Positions 48,746-58,314 of a stretch of 64,000 bases of DNA are shown in pieces. The notes beneath the pieces are model-generated. The model was given only the letters and a program-made list of their open reading frames with translations, was not told the origin of the DNA and did no database searches. Each line of letters starts with the position of its first letter. The first letter of the stretch is position 1. The translations under genes were made by a program, and so were the position numbers. Source of the DNA: Candidatus Latescibacterota bacterium (GTDB lineage Bacteria; Latescibacterota; UBA2968; GCA-2709665); assembly GCA_965203805.1 (NCBI GenBank), contig OZ241917.1, forward strand, positions 5,568,001 through 5,632,000. Reading direction: 5' to 3'.

Positions 48746-51532
48746 ATGGACCCACGGGAACTCAGGGAACTGTCTTCGAGAAGTGGACATTTTTCGTCCG
48801 CCAGCGAATACAGTGTGTATATCTCGCGCACCTACCTGCTGAACATATTCCGTGCTGCCCAGTTCAACCGAAGCATTCGGTCGGACCTCGTTGACTGGTT
48901 GGAGGATGACGAGACCACTCCAAAGCTCCTGAATGTCGGTTGGATTGTTCAAGACGGACACAAAAAAAGGGCAGTTATCAGAAACATCAAGCGTGCTGTT
49001 CAGGATCTCGAGCAGAAGACCGTAAGGCCACCTGAATCGGCCCCCGACACTACTGCAACCCGACTGGTCGTCGAACGTTTTTCGCTTAGCCCCGCGGCCG
49101 CCGCGCTACTCGAACTGGCGCACAGCTATAGCCATTGTTCTCCCACTAAAGAGATTTGGGACGCATTCTGCCACTCATGTTCAAGTTCGGTTGATAGACT
49201 GGAAGTCTTCCTGGGGCGCCCGCGACTCGAGATCGAGAGGGGTCTCAGAGAACTCGCTAGCTCCGGTATCACAGATTGGCGGACGGGCACGCGACCGAAC
49301 AAATACCACGATCCGGACGACCTCATAGAAGATTGGTTCTACGAAGTATGGTATCCGCCAGTGCGGGATATGGAAGAATTGACTGCTCGCCTGGTCGGTG
49401 AACCCTGTGTTGCCCGATTGTGTTTCGATGACTTCGCCCACGTCACAGAACGCAAGACCGTTCGCCGAACTTTGAGTGCAGTAATGCTCCAGCGATCCAA
49501 CGGCGCGCCGGTAAGGGGCGTCAACATCCTGCTCGTGGGTCGGGCGGGTACTGGCAAGACCGAATTCGCAAAGACGATCGCAGCGACATCCGGCTTGACA
49601 CTCTATTCCGTTGGGGAAATGGGAAATGGTGACGAAGAATCCTGCGATACCGACAACGACAGGCGCGCCGACCGTCGCAATGAACTGCGCATGGCGCAAA
49701 CACTGCTTCAGACCATGCCCGAAGCCGCGATTTTGTGCGACGAGGCGGAGGACGCGCTGGAGTCCACCAGCGGCTCCCGCCTCGTCAACCACCGGATGAT
49801 GGAGGAAAATCCCGTTCCGGTGATTTACACCGCGAACAGTTTAAAAGACCTGGACGAGAGCATGCTCCGGCGTTTCACGATGGTCGTCAGATTTAGGGCC
49901 CACGGCCCGACGCGTCAGGCTGCCATTTTAGGCCGAATGCTGGCCGAAAGCGGCATCGAGCGCGTCGATCCGGACGCATGCGCCAGGAAACTCGTCGACC
50001 GACTTGAGTGCCCCCCGGGGGTCGTGGCCAAAGCCATCGAGACGACGCGTCTGGTCGGCGGCACGGAGGCGGATCTCTACGAATTCTGCGAACGGTCCGA
50101 ACGCACCATCGCCGCACATAAAGCGCGCCCGCGTCTGGGGCCACCGATTGGGGCTGCGTTGCCGTGGAATGCGTTTTCGCACCTGGGGCCTACAGCCGAA
50201 GACGTGAGACAGACCCTTGCGGCCGCGATGGATTCGAAGCCAGGAGGCATCAATGTCCTCTTGTACGGACCTCCGGGAACCGGGAAAACCGAATTTGCAC
50301 GTACGCTCTGCGGCGAAGTGGGTGCACGCATGTACGCGATCGGCGACAATAAAGTTGGTTCCGAGACGCGTGTTGCCGTATCCCGTACGAAAACACTCGA
50401 TTATGCGCTGGAGTCATTGGCCGACGAGCCCGACTCGGTGATTTTCTTCGATGAAATGGAGGACTTCGACAGCGTGGAGAAACACTGGCTGAATCGCATC
50501 GTCGAAGAAAATCCGGTGCCCATCATCTGGGCGTGCAACTCGATTGGCTTCTACCGGATGATTCAGCCGTTCTTCATCGACCGGATGATGCACGCGATCG
50601 AATTCCACCGCATGTCCGTCGGCGCGAGGAAGCGTGTGTTCTCCGGTATTCTCACCAATGCACAGGTGCCTGATCCGGAAGCACGGCGATTTGCGACGGA
50701 ACTGGCGCACGACGACAGAATAACCCCCAGGCACCTGGCTCTGGCCGCACATCAGGCGGCTATGATCGCGGGGAACGCGGATGTCATCCGGCGCAATATT
50801 GAACAAAAAGTGAAACTGCGTTACGGCGTCCGTCCGGTCGAAAGCGTCCCCATCGAGAACTACAACCTGTCTCTGGTCAACGCGGATACGAATCTGGAAG
50901 CATTGACCGCACGGATGGTTGGAATCGGCCCGAAGCGTTTCGCGCTTTGTCTGTACGGCCCGCCCGGAACCGGGAAGACGGCTTTTGTGCGCCACATTGC
51001 AGAACGAATGGGAATGGAATTGTTGCCGAAACGAGCCTCGGATCTGCTCAGCATGTGGGTGGGGCAAACGGAACAGCAGATGGCCGCAGCCTTTGCTGAA
51101 GCTATTGAGACAGGCTCATTCCTTGTATTCGACGAGGCCGACTCCCTCCTGATGGACCGGGAGCACGCCGTGCGGTCGTGGGAAACCAGCATGGTTAATG
51201 AGTTGCTCAGCCAGATGGAGCGGCACCCGCTTCCCTTCGCCTGCACGACGAATCGGCGGGAAGCGCTCGATCCGGCGGCCGCCCGCCGCTTCATGTTCAG
51301 GGTCGAGTTCTTCTACATGGATAGACAGCGCGTCGAAAGGGCTTTCAGGTTCTTCTATGGCTGTGAAGCGCCCGTGGAGGCACTTGCGCTGAACAAACTC
51401 ACGCCCGCGGATTTCGCAAATGTCCGCGAGCGTGCGAAGATCATGAATTTTCTCAACGATCCGGAGCGTATCGGCCGCGAACTCGCGGAAGAGTGCCACG
51501 CGAAGCCGGGCGGCTCACCGGTGGGCTTCTGA
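48746..51532 (+). CDS. AAA+ ATPase with three tandem AAA modules
   Basis: Walker A GRAGTGKT, GPPGTGKT, GPPGTGKT; Walker B ILCDE, IFFDE, LVFDE; C-terminal VGF; AGGAGAGG RBS. Confidence 0.92.
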   Translation: MDPRELRELSSRSGHFSSASEYSVYISRTYLLNIFRAAQFNRSIRSDLVDWLEDDETTPKLLNVGWIVQDGHKKRAVIRNIKRAVQDLEQKTVRPPESAPDTTATRLVVERFSLSPAAAALLELAHSYSHCSPTKEIWDAFCHSCSSSVDRLEVFLGRPRLEIERGLRELASSGITDWRTGTRPNKYHDPDDLIEDWFYEVWYPPVRDMEELTARLVGEPCVARLCFDDFAHVTERKTVRRTLSAVMLQRSNGAPVRGVNILLVGRAGTGKTEFAKTIAATSGLTLYSVGEMGNGDEESCDTDNDRRADRRNELRMAQTLLQTMPEAAILCDEAEDALESTSGSRLVNHRMMEENPVPVIYTANSLKDLDESMLRRFTMVVRFRAHGPTRQAAILGRMLAESGIERVDPDACARKLVDRLECPPGVVAKAIETTRLVGGTEADLYEFCERSERTIAAHKARPRLGPPIGAALPWNAFSHLGPTAEDVRQTLAAAMDSKPGGINVLLYGPPGTGKTEFARTLCGEVGARMYAIGDNKVGSETRVAVSRTKTLDYALESLADEPDSVIFFDEMEDFDSVEKHWLNRIVEENPVPIIWACNSIGFYRMIQPFFIDRMMHAIEFHRMSVGARKRVFSGILTNAQVPDPEARRFATELAHDDRITPRHLALAAHQAAMIAGNADVIRRNIEQKVKLRYGVRPVESVPIENYNLSLVNADTNLEALTARMVGIGPKRFALCLYGPPGTGKTAFVRHIAERMGMELLPKRASDLLSMWVGQTEQQMAAAFAEAIETGSFLVFDEADSLLMDREHAVRSWETSMVNELLSQMERHPLPFACTTNRREALDPAAARRFMFRVEFFYMDRQRVERAFRFFYGCEAPVEALALNKLTPADFANVRERAKIMNFLNDPERIGRELAEECHAKPGGSPVGF

Positions 51533-51642
51533 TGGCTGGCTGCGACGGATTCATCCGGTGCAATCGTGTATGCACTCAAGCCGAAGAAAGTGAGTTTCAA
51601 ATAACATTTTAATTAACAGTAAATTATTTAGAAAGAAGATTA

Positions 51643-51885
51643 AGCTCAATTCGAAAAAAGACAACCGATAAACTGGCCACAAAAAGCACAAAATACACAA
51701 AGGGAATCGGTGCAAGACGACATGTGTCGCAACGCCCTGACCTTGCAGATATTTCCTTGTCTTTCGGCTATACGCCCTGGAACAGGATGGCTGTTTTTGA
51801 GCCTCTTATGGCAATTTGCCGTAATTCGAAAAATCCAGCAATCCGAAACCGTGGAGAAAACTCCCGCTAAATGACGAATCAAGGT
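51643..51885. mobile_element. MITE-like element A
   Basis: TA|AGCTCAATTCG ... CGAATCAAGGT|TA; ends match element B. Confidence 0.5.
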
Positions 51886-51953
51886 TAGAGGAAGACCCTG
51901 GAAAAGGGCGTCTGTGGATCGACATTCTCTGTGGGCAAAGACCGGGAGGAAAG

Positions 51954-52607
51954 ATGGATCGAAAGGACTTGTCAATCGCGCGTTTGATCCGCCGGCGGTT
52001 TCAGGACCTCGGTATCACCCGCGGTGAGCTTGTTCGTCGAATGGGATACGCCAATATTGCGAAGGGATGCAGGCGCATCGACCAGATCTGTGGTGGCCGT
52101 GTTGAATTCGCGGAGAACCTCCGGGTCGAGCTTGCAGAGGGCCTTGAGGTGGAAGTCAAGGTGATCGACGAGTCCATTGAGGTCACCCGTGCGGAACTGT
52201 TTGCAGCGGAAGACAAGGCCTATCGTGCGTCATTCAAGCCCCACGCCGTGATTCTGACGGAGCAAAGTGTACCGAGTCAGATCACGTTTTACGCGATGAC
52301 CGGCGGGGCCCGTCATCGGATTATTGCGTTCAAGGACGGGTCGACTCCTGAATCGTACGAGAAACAGGCACGAGAAGCCCTTCCGCGCGTGGTTCCCTTT
52401 TTAGGAAAGCCAACCGGTTATGTCATAAACTATAGTCCTGAATTTGCTCTGAGATTCAACAAGGATGGCAGGCTCGTCGCGAGGCTCAACCGCGCATTCC
52501 GTGTGGGGCAATCAAACGCTGCTATCGGCGGCAAGGAGATCGACGAGAAAACCTGGGCGTCGCTCCTCGGGGACGTAACTTTCCGTTCCTCGCTCGAAGT
52601 GGATTGA
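51954..52607 (+). CDS. hypothetical protein with N-terminal XRE-like HTH
   Basis: GITRGELVRRMGYANIAKGCRRIDQI; GGGAGG RBS. Confidence 0.7.
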   Translation: MDRKDLSIARLIRRRFQDLGITRGELVRRMGYANIAKGCRRIDQICGGRVEFAENLRVELAEGLEVEVKVIDESIEVTRAELFAAEDKAYRASFKPHAVILTEQSVPSQITFYAMTGGARHRIIAFKDGSTPESYEKQAREALPRVVPFLGKPTGYVINYSPEFALRFNKDGRLVARLNRAFRVGQSNAAIGGKEIDEKTWASLLGDVTFRSSLEVD

Positions 52608-52748
52608 CGCCCATCGTACGGGATAACCACAGCTTCATCCTTTGAGGACAACCAGGTCTGAAAACAACACCAGAGCTACCGGTACACCCTTGTAGCTCTG
52701 CATTTTACGGGTTGGAAAACCGCAGAATCTCCGTTAGCGGAGTGAACT

Positions 52749-53302
52749 ATGGACAAGGAAGCGTGCGATTTCCAGGAAGAAAGCGTTGGCTTAGCGGAGA
52801 CGTCAACTTGGCTTGAAATAACGCGAATATTTGGCTCTCTGCTGGATATACGCGATTACGTCCACAAGATTATGATGTCGGACTCGTGGGCATATGCAGG
52901 AAGTATGGCAGGCTTCCTTCACGGCCCCTCGCTGTCGCCGAGAACGCCACGAATTCGGTATGGCACTCAACGGCCATACTTATGTTCCCTTCCCTTAAAT
53001 CAAACACCTTTGGTGCTACCATTGATGCTGTCTGTGTGCGGCAACGATGGTTCATCTGCCATCAGATGGCCCATATGGCAACGGGCCATCTGGTCTATAC
53101 CCATTTGGGAAAGGTGGCAACTCACGGACCGGAATTCGCAGATGCATACCTTAATCTTGTCATAGAGATGTTGGGTGTTACTGAGGGTGCGAGGCTGTTA
53201 GCGGCCTTCGAACGCTATGGCGTAGAGCACCAGGTCACATCCTTCGACGCGCCCACGAGCGCACAGATGGAGGCATATTACCGTGAGTACGCTCTAAGGT
53301 GA
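52749..53302 (+). pseudogene. frameshifted SprT/TIGR04338-like metallohydrolase
   Basis: N-part DFQEESVGLAE...RDYVHKI in one frame; ICHQMAH (HExxH lost) and HGPEFADAYLNLV in another. Confidence 0.6.
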
Positions 53303-53514
53303 TATGGGCTTATGGCCCGTTTTATGGGGTAATAACCCCGGAAATTCAGGGCTCGTTGGCACAGAATTTACGCCTCTATATGGCGGAAGGGTCGGTCAAG
53401 CGGGTGCGCCCATCCCGTAGAGGCTGGCCAATATCTGCCGACACTAACAGATGTAGATTTCACTCCTATCGACAGCCGTCAGCCTGCCGACCCTTCAGCC
53501 AAAGGAGAAAGGTA

Positions 53515-53745
53515 ATGAACCGAGTTGGAGTTACACCCGTCGGAATAGTTGAGATCGAATCCTATGAGCATGCGGGAGGAAGTTGGATTGCACTAACTCC
53601 CCGGCCTCTTGGAAAGCCTGCCAATCCGAGGCCACCCCGGACCTCCTCGCTATCTCTCGGAGGGGCGCAGGAGCTGGCGGAGCGACTGCTTACCAAGGTG
53701 GACGATCTACGACGGGGAGACATGGGCGCCTACCCTGAACCTTAA
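53515..53745 (+). CDS. small hypothetical protein
   Basis: AAGGAGAAAGG RBS before ATG 53515; 76 aa. Confidence 0.5.
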   Translation: MNRVGVTPVGIVEIESYEHAGGSWIALTPRPLGKPANPRPPRTSSLSLGGAQELAERLLTKVDDLRRGDMGAYPEP

Positions 53746-53919
53746 GTTGTGGCGCAGATCGGCGGAGTTGCGTATGTTGATCCCGCCCTACTTTGAACAG
53801 CGGCAGACCGGAGGTCAAGCGGTTTCCATTGGCCGTCAAGGTTGGCGAGCACCTACCGCCCCAACGGATGTAGATTGTACCCCCTGCGGCTAGGCACCAG
53901 CCTGCATCCCGTCTGCATT

Positions 53920-53956
53920 GCCCCGATAACCCAACGTTATCGGGGCTATTTATTTT
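53920..53956 (+). terminator. intrinsic terminator
   Basis: GCCCCGATAAC-CCAAC-GTTATCGGGGC then T-rich run. Confidence 0.7.
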
Positions 53957-54103
53957 CGCTTAAAACCGCGTGTTAGCGCCGAATTGGCCCTCATTTTGCC
54001 TCTTGATAGGGGTGTCCCCAACCCTGGCGGGCACTGGAGTTAACCCAGGTCGTTCTGCAGGAACGACGTAGCGAAAGGACACACCCCTACGAGCGTCATC
54101 GAG

Positions 54104-54958
54104 ATGTACCAGCGGTTCCCTGACCAGGAGGCCTGCATCGACCACCTGGAGGAAATCAGATTCGGTTACAGACCATTCTGCCCACTGTGCGGATGCGTCT
54201 ACGTGGCCCGTAAGACCGACGGTAACCGGATCGGACGCTGGACCTGCTACGGCTGTAGATCGAGCTATAACGTCCTGTCCGGTACGCTGTTCGCGGGAAC
54301 CAGGATTCCCCTGCAAAAGTGGTTTTACGCAATCGACCTGATGCTTGCGGCAGCGAAGGGAATCTCAAGCTACCAAATGGCGCGGCATCTGGCCATGGAC
54401 CAGAAGACGGCCTGGTCAATGATGCAACGAATACGGATGTCGATGTTCTTAGCCCGGAACCGGCTGATCCTTAAGGGATTGGTTGAAGCCGATGAAACCT
54501 ATGTCGGAGGCGATGCACGGCCCGGCAGTAACCAAGGATGGGGAACCACTAAGTTGCCTGTCCTCGGCATTGTTGAGCGAGGAGGACGGGTTGTAGCGAG
54601 TCCGCTTAACGAGGTAACGGCCGAATCAATCCGCGAGTTCTTTGAGAATACGGTTATGGAAGGTTCGGAGCTACACACGGACGGACTCATTGCCTACCAA
54701 AATCTCAAGAACATCGTCTGCCACAGAGTGGTTAAGCGGCATCAGAAACGATTCCGTAACAACATCCATACCAACACGATCGAGGGGTTTTGGTCGATCA
54801 TCAAGCGGGCATGGAAGGGAACGTTCCACAATTACGGCAAGGAGCGGGCGCACCTGTATGCCGCTGAGACGTGTTATCGGTTCAACGCTCGAAAGAATCC
54901 GGATGGGTTTAACGACTTCATTATAGGGGAGCTATTCGGCGACAAAGACCCCATCTAA
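54104..54958 (+). mobile_element. IS1595 family transposase (element ends not identified)
   Basis: zinc ribbon CPLCG..CYGC, GISSYQMARHL, VEADETYVGG, LHTDG, HTNTIEGFWSIIKR. Confidence 0.92.
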
Positions 54959-55107
54959 TCCCGTTGGTCTGGATCTTTCAGGGCCCTGTCGATCAGAGAA
55001 TCGGCAGGGCTTTCTTTATTGGTCTCCGCGTCAAGGAATTCCTGCACTGTATCCTTCGCGCCCTGTCCGTCTGTGACCTTCTGGATCAATTCCTTTGCAG
55101 TTTTCAT
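54955..55107 (-). CDS. small hypothetical protein
   Basis: MKTAKELIQKVTDG...; GGGGA RBS; convergent with transposase. Confidence 0.5.
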   Translation of the reverse strand: MKTAKELIQKVTDGQGAKDTVQEFLDAETNKESPADSLIDRALKDPDQRD

Positions 55108-55564
55108 GCTATCCCCAAATGTAGAGCGTAGGGAGATTTTGTCAGCAACGGTCTTGACCATGCAGTCTCGACATGTTATATTTACGGCGTCAACGATTGG
55201 GCAGCTTCCCGCATGTCGGGTAGCCTACCAAATACAACAACGGAATTAAAGGGACACGGGTAGCTCCCATGTCCTCCGTGAATAGGTCGGACCTTCCCGC
55301 ATCCTCAAAGCTGCGTGATCGTTGACACTACCCGACACCCATACCCGGGTGACAGTGTCAACGGTATTCTACGCCGGAGAATGCGATGCGAAGCCCACTC
55401 GCAGCCGTAACGCTATTGGTCTGTGTGAATATCCCACCAACAGTCAACTGTCCACCCGATGGCGCCCTGCCTCACGTGTATCCGAGCGGGAAGCAATCTG
55501 CTTCCCGACACCAATCAAGCCTTAACTGGCCGTAACTTCGGGGGTTCGCATTACCCGGAGTCTA

Positions 55565-55757
55565 ACCTTGATTCGACATTTTTCGGTTAGGTTAAATCGA
55601 ATATGGGCTAGTTAATAAAGGCGATTTGACGTCGGATTTCCAGGATACTTCAGGTCACTGGACGTGAACGGAAAAAATGTCCATTTCGACGACTTTATCG
55701 GCCCAATTCGGAAGGATTTGTCGCGGCGCCGCGTTGCGGCTTTTGTCGAATTAAGGC
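55565..55757. mobile_element. MITE-like element B
   Basis: TA|ACCTTGATTCGACA ... TGTCGAATTAAGGC|TA, 12/14 inverted match. Confidence 0.6.
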
Positions 55758-55864
55758 TAAGCCCTAAACGCCTTGGAGCGTTACAGAAAGTCGCCTGATT
55801 TATTTCACAAGGGGGATATATGAGCATCAAAGAGAAACGCAACGCCATGCGTATGGGAAACAGA

Positions 55865-56392
55865 ATGAAAACGACCCTTATCAGCGCAACATTGCTTTGC
55901 GCCTTACTCGCCTGTGGTGACGATAAGCCTACTGAACCAGCCCCGCCAGACAATGCCCTTGTGGGGAATTGGCGATTCAGCGGATCGGAGTTGCCGCAAG
56001 CGTCTGCTGACAGGTTTTTGGAAAATTTGAAGGTAATTGGTTTTGATTCAAGCGCCGCAGTCACGTTGGTTAGCGAGTTTAAGGCATCGATTGACAGGGG
56101 AACGCAGGGTTCCGGGTTTAGTGTGTGGCGCATCAATGCAGACGGCACATGGTCAGACAATGACGGGGGAAACGGCACCTATACTGTTGCTGGTGACCGT
56201 CTAACGGTTTCCTCTCCTGACAACCCAACGCTGACCGGGCGGTATTTTGTGACTGATACGGCATTGACGTTTGATGTTGCCATTTTGGAACTCCTTAAAC
56301 AGCTTCAGGATATTGATTCTCCAGTAGAGGAAAGACAGTTTAACATCCTATTTGGAGGTGTGAATACTCGGCTTATCTTCCAGAAGATATAA
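55865..56392 (+). CDS. lipoprotein, lipocalin-like beta barrel
   Basis: signal peptide with LLAC lipobox, LVGNW, INADGTW, GTYTVAGDRLT. Confidence 0.75.
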   Translation: MKTTLISATLLCALLACGDDKPTEPAPPDNALVGNWRFSGSELPQASADRFLENLKVIGFDSSAAVTLVSEFKASIDRGTQGSGFSVWRINADGTWSDNDGGNGTYTVAGDRLTVSSPDNPTLTGRYFVTDTALTFDVAILELLKQLQDIDSPVEERQFNILFGGVNTRLIFQKI

Positions 56393-56445
56393 AATTCGTT
56401 GGTCACTGGGGACGATGTGACTTTGGGTTATAACCCCCCCAAACA

Positions 56446-57470
56446 ATGGGGGCGGTCTCCCGCATCCGGTCCACCACCCGCTGGTCGTTCACCTTGCCCG
56501 AAATGCCAGGGACTGCGACAGGTCGCACGGACCGAGGAAGACGACGTCCAGGTCGGACCGGGCGTTTATCGCGTCCAGGCTCTCCACGCTTTCCACGTGG
56601 ATCAGGACCATGGATTCCCTGGTGCGCCGTGAAAAGGCGCGGAACTCCAGTGGGTGAGAGTCCCACCCGACAAATGTTGCTGCGGTCGGTAGCAACCGGA
56701 GCGGGGGTGAAGGTAACGACATCTCCGAAGCCTCCGGTGTAAAGGGTCGCAAGGCGACTCGGCGAGTATGCGGGCCGAAACGTGCAGTGAACGCTGAGCA
56801 GGCCTCGAAAAAGGTAATGCGGGAGCCGACCCGCCCATGGATCGGGGAAGGCCGCCGTCGTTGGAAAAAGAGAGCAACGCGCGCATCCAACGGTCCCGCC
56901 TGCCTGTCCGAGGGACGCAGGCAGGCCGGGGTAATGGCGAAGGCACGTATACAAGGAGATCCGACGCAACACGGGAAGCCCCAGCGGTGGTGTATAGACA
57001 CCAACCGGACGCCCGTGAGGGACAGGCCGGGCCGTATGGGGTGGCGGACAGGCTCGTAGTACCCGTGAAGCCGGGTAATGCCGGTGGAGGGAAGGGGCCT
57101 GACTTCGGATGTGCTTGTGAAGGGGACAACGGTCGGGAGAGTGGCGCAAGCCTATTACCTCCTCTAAAAGTAGATGAGGCGACTCCAGAGCAAGCTTGGG
57201 CTTCAGGTGAAGCTGTCCGGGCAGTGCGGGCAGCGTGTGCCTGAAGGCGACGTCCGTCGGAGAGCCGGATGCGGGAAAACCGCACGTCCGGTTCGATGAG
57301 CGGGATGTGGAAACGGAGCACGGAGCGGCTATTGAGGCACCGCCAGACGAAAGGGGCGGAAACAGATAGGCCACTCCTAAACCACCGCGCCACATCTCGA
57401 CTCTACTTAAGCCGCTCGAAGATCTGCCCCCCTTCCAAGAAGTACCGGGCCACACGTGTATAGGGCCAGG
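56446..57470 (-). pseudogene. HpcH/HpaI aldolase fragment interrupted by intron copy 2
   Basis: removing the intron restores QIFERLNRESMVLIHVESVESLDAI...LDVVFLGPCDLSQSL; frameshifts on both sides. Confidence 0.8.
56622..57406 (+). mobile_element. ORF-less group II intron, copy 2 (785 nt)
   Basis: same length and, by eye and by identical ORF translations, same sequence as 17699-18483. Confidence 0.95.
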
Positions 57471-57499
57471 CGTACAGATCCCACACAACGAGGCGAGTT

Positions 57500-57910
57500 A
57501 TGGCGCGCAAGAAAAGTATAAAAGGGCACGCCCCCGGCGATGCGCGGACGGCGGCTGACGCGGCGGCGGAGAAGGAGGCCAGGGCGAAAGCGGCCGAGTG
57601 GCGGGAAATCGCCGAGCAAGCGGCCGACGATTATTCGAAGCGCGAAGGCAAATTTACGCGGAAGCTCACAGAATCGGAGGCGCAGGGCGCCCTTGCGAGG
57701 GGATGTATTGCGGCGAAGGGCGCAGCCAAAGCCTGGGCAGCCGTAGCGGACAAGTGGGAGGCCGGTGACCGGGACCGGGCAAAGCAGTACGAGGAGGAAG
57801 CAAACGCCGCGATGATGGATTCCCTGGACGGCCTCGACAAAGCGGACGAACTCTGGAAGATGGAGCAGGAGGGGAAATCGGCCTCGCAGGGTGGTACGAA
57901 ACGACCTTAG
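57500..57910 (+). CDS. hypothetical Ala-rich helical protein
   Basis: 136 aa ORF with GAGG RBS; no family recognised. Confidence 0.6.
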   Translation: MARKKSIKGHAPGDARTAADAAAEKEARAKAAEWREIAEQAADDYSKREGKFTRKLTESEAQGALARGCIAAKGAAKAWAAVADKWEAGDRDRAKQYEEEANAAMMDSLDGLDKADELWKMEQEGKSASQGGTKRP

Positions 57911-58065
57911 AGCCGGATCCATGGGCCAAGCCACCATAATCTATATTAAACTCGGAGGGGAGTTTTTTCACCAAATGTTGGCACGAAGGGGTCAGCATAA
58001 CAACGCCTGCCAATTGACATACTGGCAGGCGGGTTGTTGACGAAATTGTGTGATGCGGTGGATTC

Positions 58066-58314
58066 TTAATCTTTGGCGTTCAGCCTTGCTTCGTTCGCGG
58101 CGATGCGTTCACCGAAGGAATCCAATCGTGAGTCGATTTTGTCCAGGCGAACTTCGATTCTGTCGAATCGTCTATCAATACGCCGTTCCAGATCGCTTGT
58201 CATATAATACACAATTCCAAAGGTGGCGATGAAATTGGAGGTTGCCAACGCCAGGACGGCCACGATGATTCTGGTGGTTTCGGCGCTCCAGAATTTACCG
58301 TTACTTGCATTCAT
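58066..58314 (-). CDS. small single-TM coiled-coil protein
   Basis: paralog of 23445-23678 (RLDSFGERIAANEARL); TTGACA-16-TAGATT at 58363-58390. Confidence 0.8.
   Translation of the reverse strand: MNASNGKFWSAETTRIIVAVLALATSNFIATFGIVYYMTSDLERRIDRRFDRIEVRLDKIDSRLDSFGERIAANEARLNAKD

Noticed and set aside
51864-55586. Inverted 26-bp repeats as IS1595 TIRs or invertase sites
   Set aside because: Similarity stops sharply on the inner side at TA and each repeat has a nearer partner, so they face away from the transposase; no invertase nearby
55570-55597. dif-like site (TTAGGTTAAAT resembles a XerD arm)
   Set aside because: XerC arm is poor and the sequence is better explained as part of MITE-like element B
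58005-58030. GCCTGCCA...TGGCAGGC hairpin as another micro-element
   Set aside because: Lies between convergent genes and fits a terminator equally well; no empty site to compare
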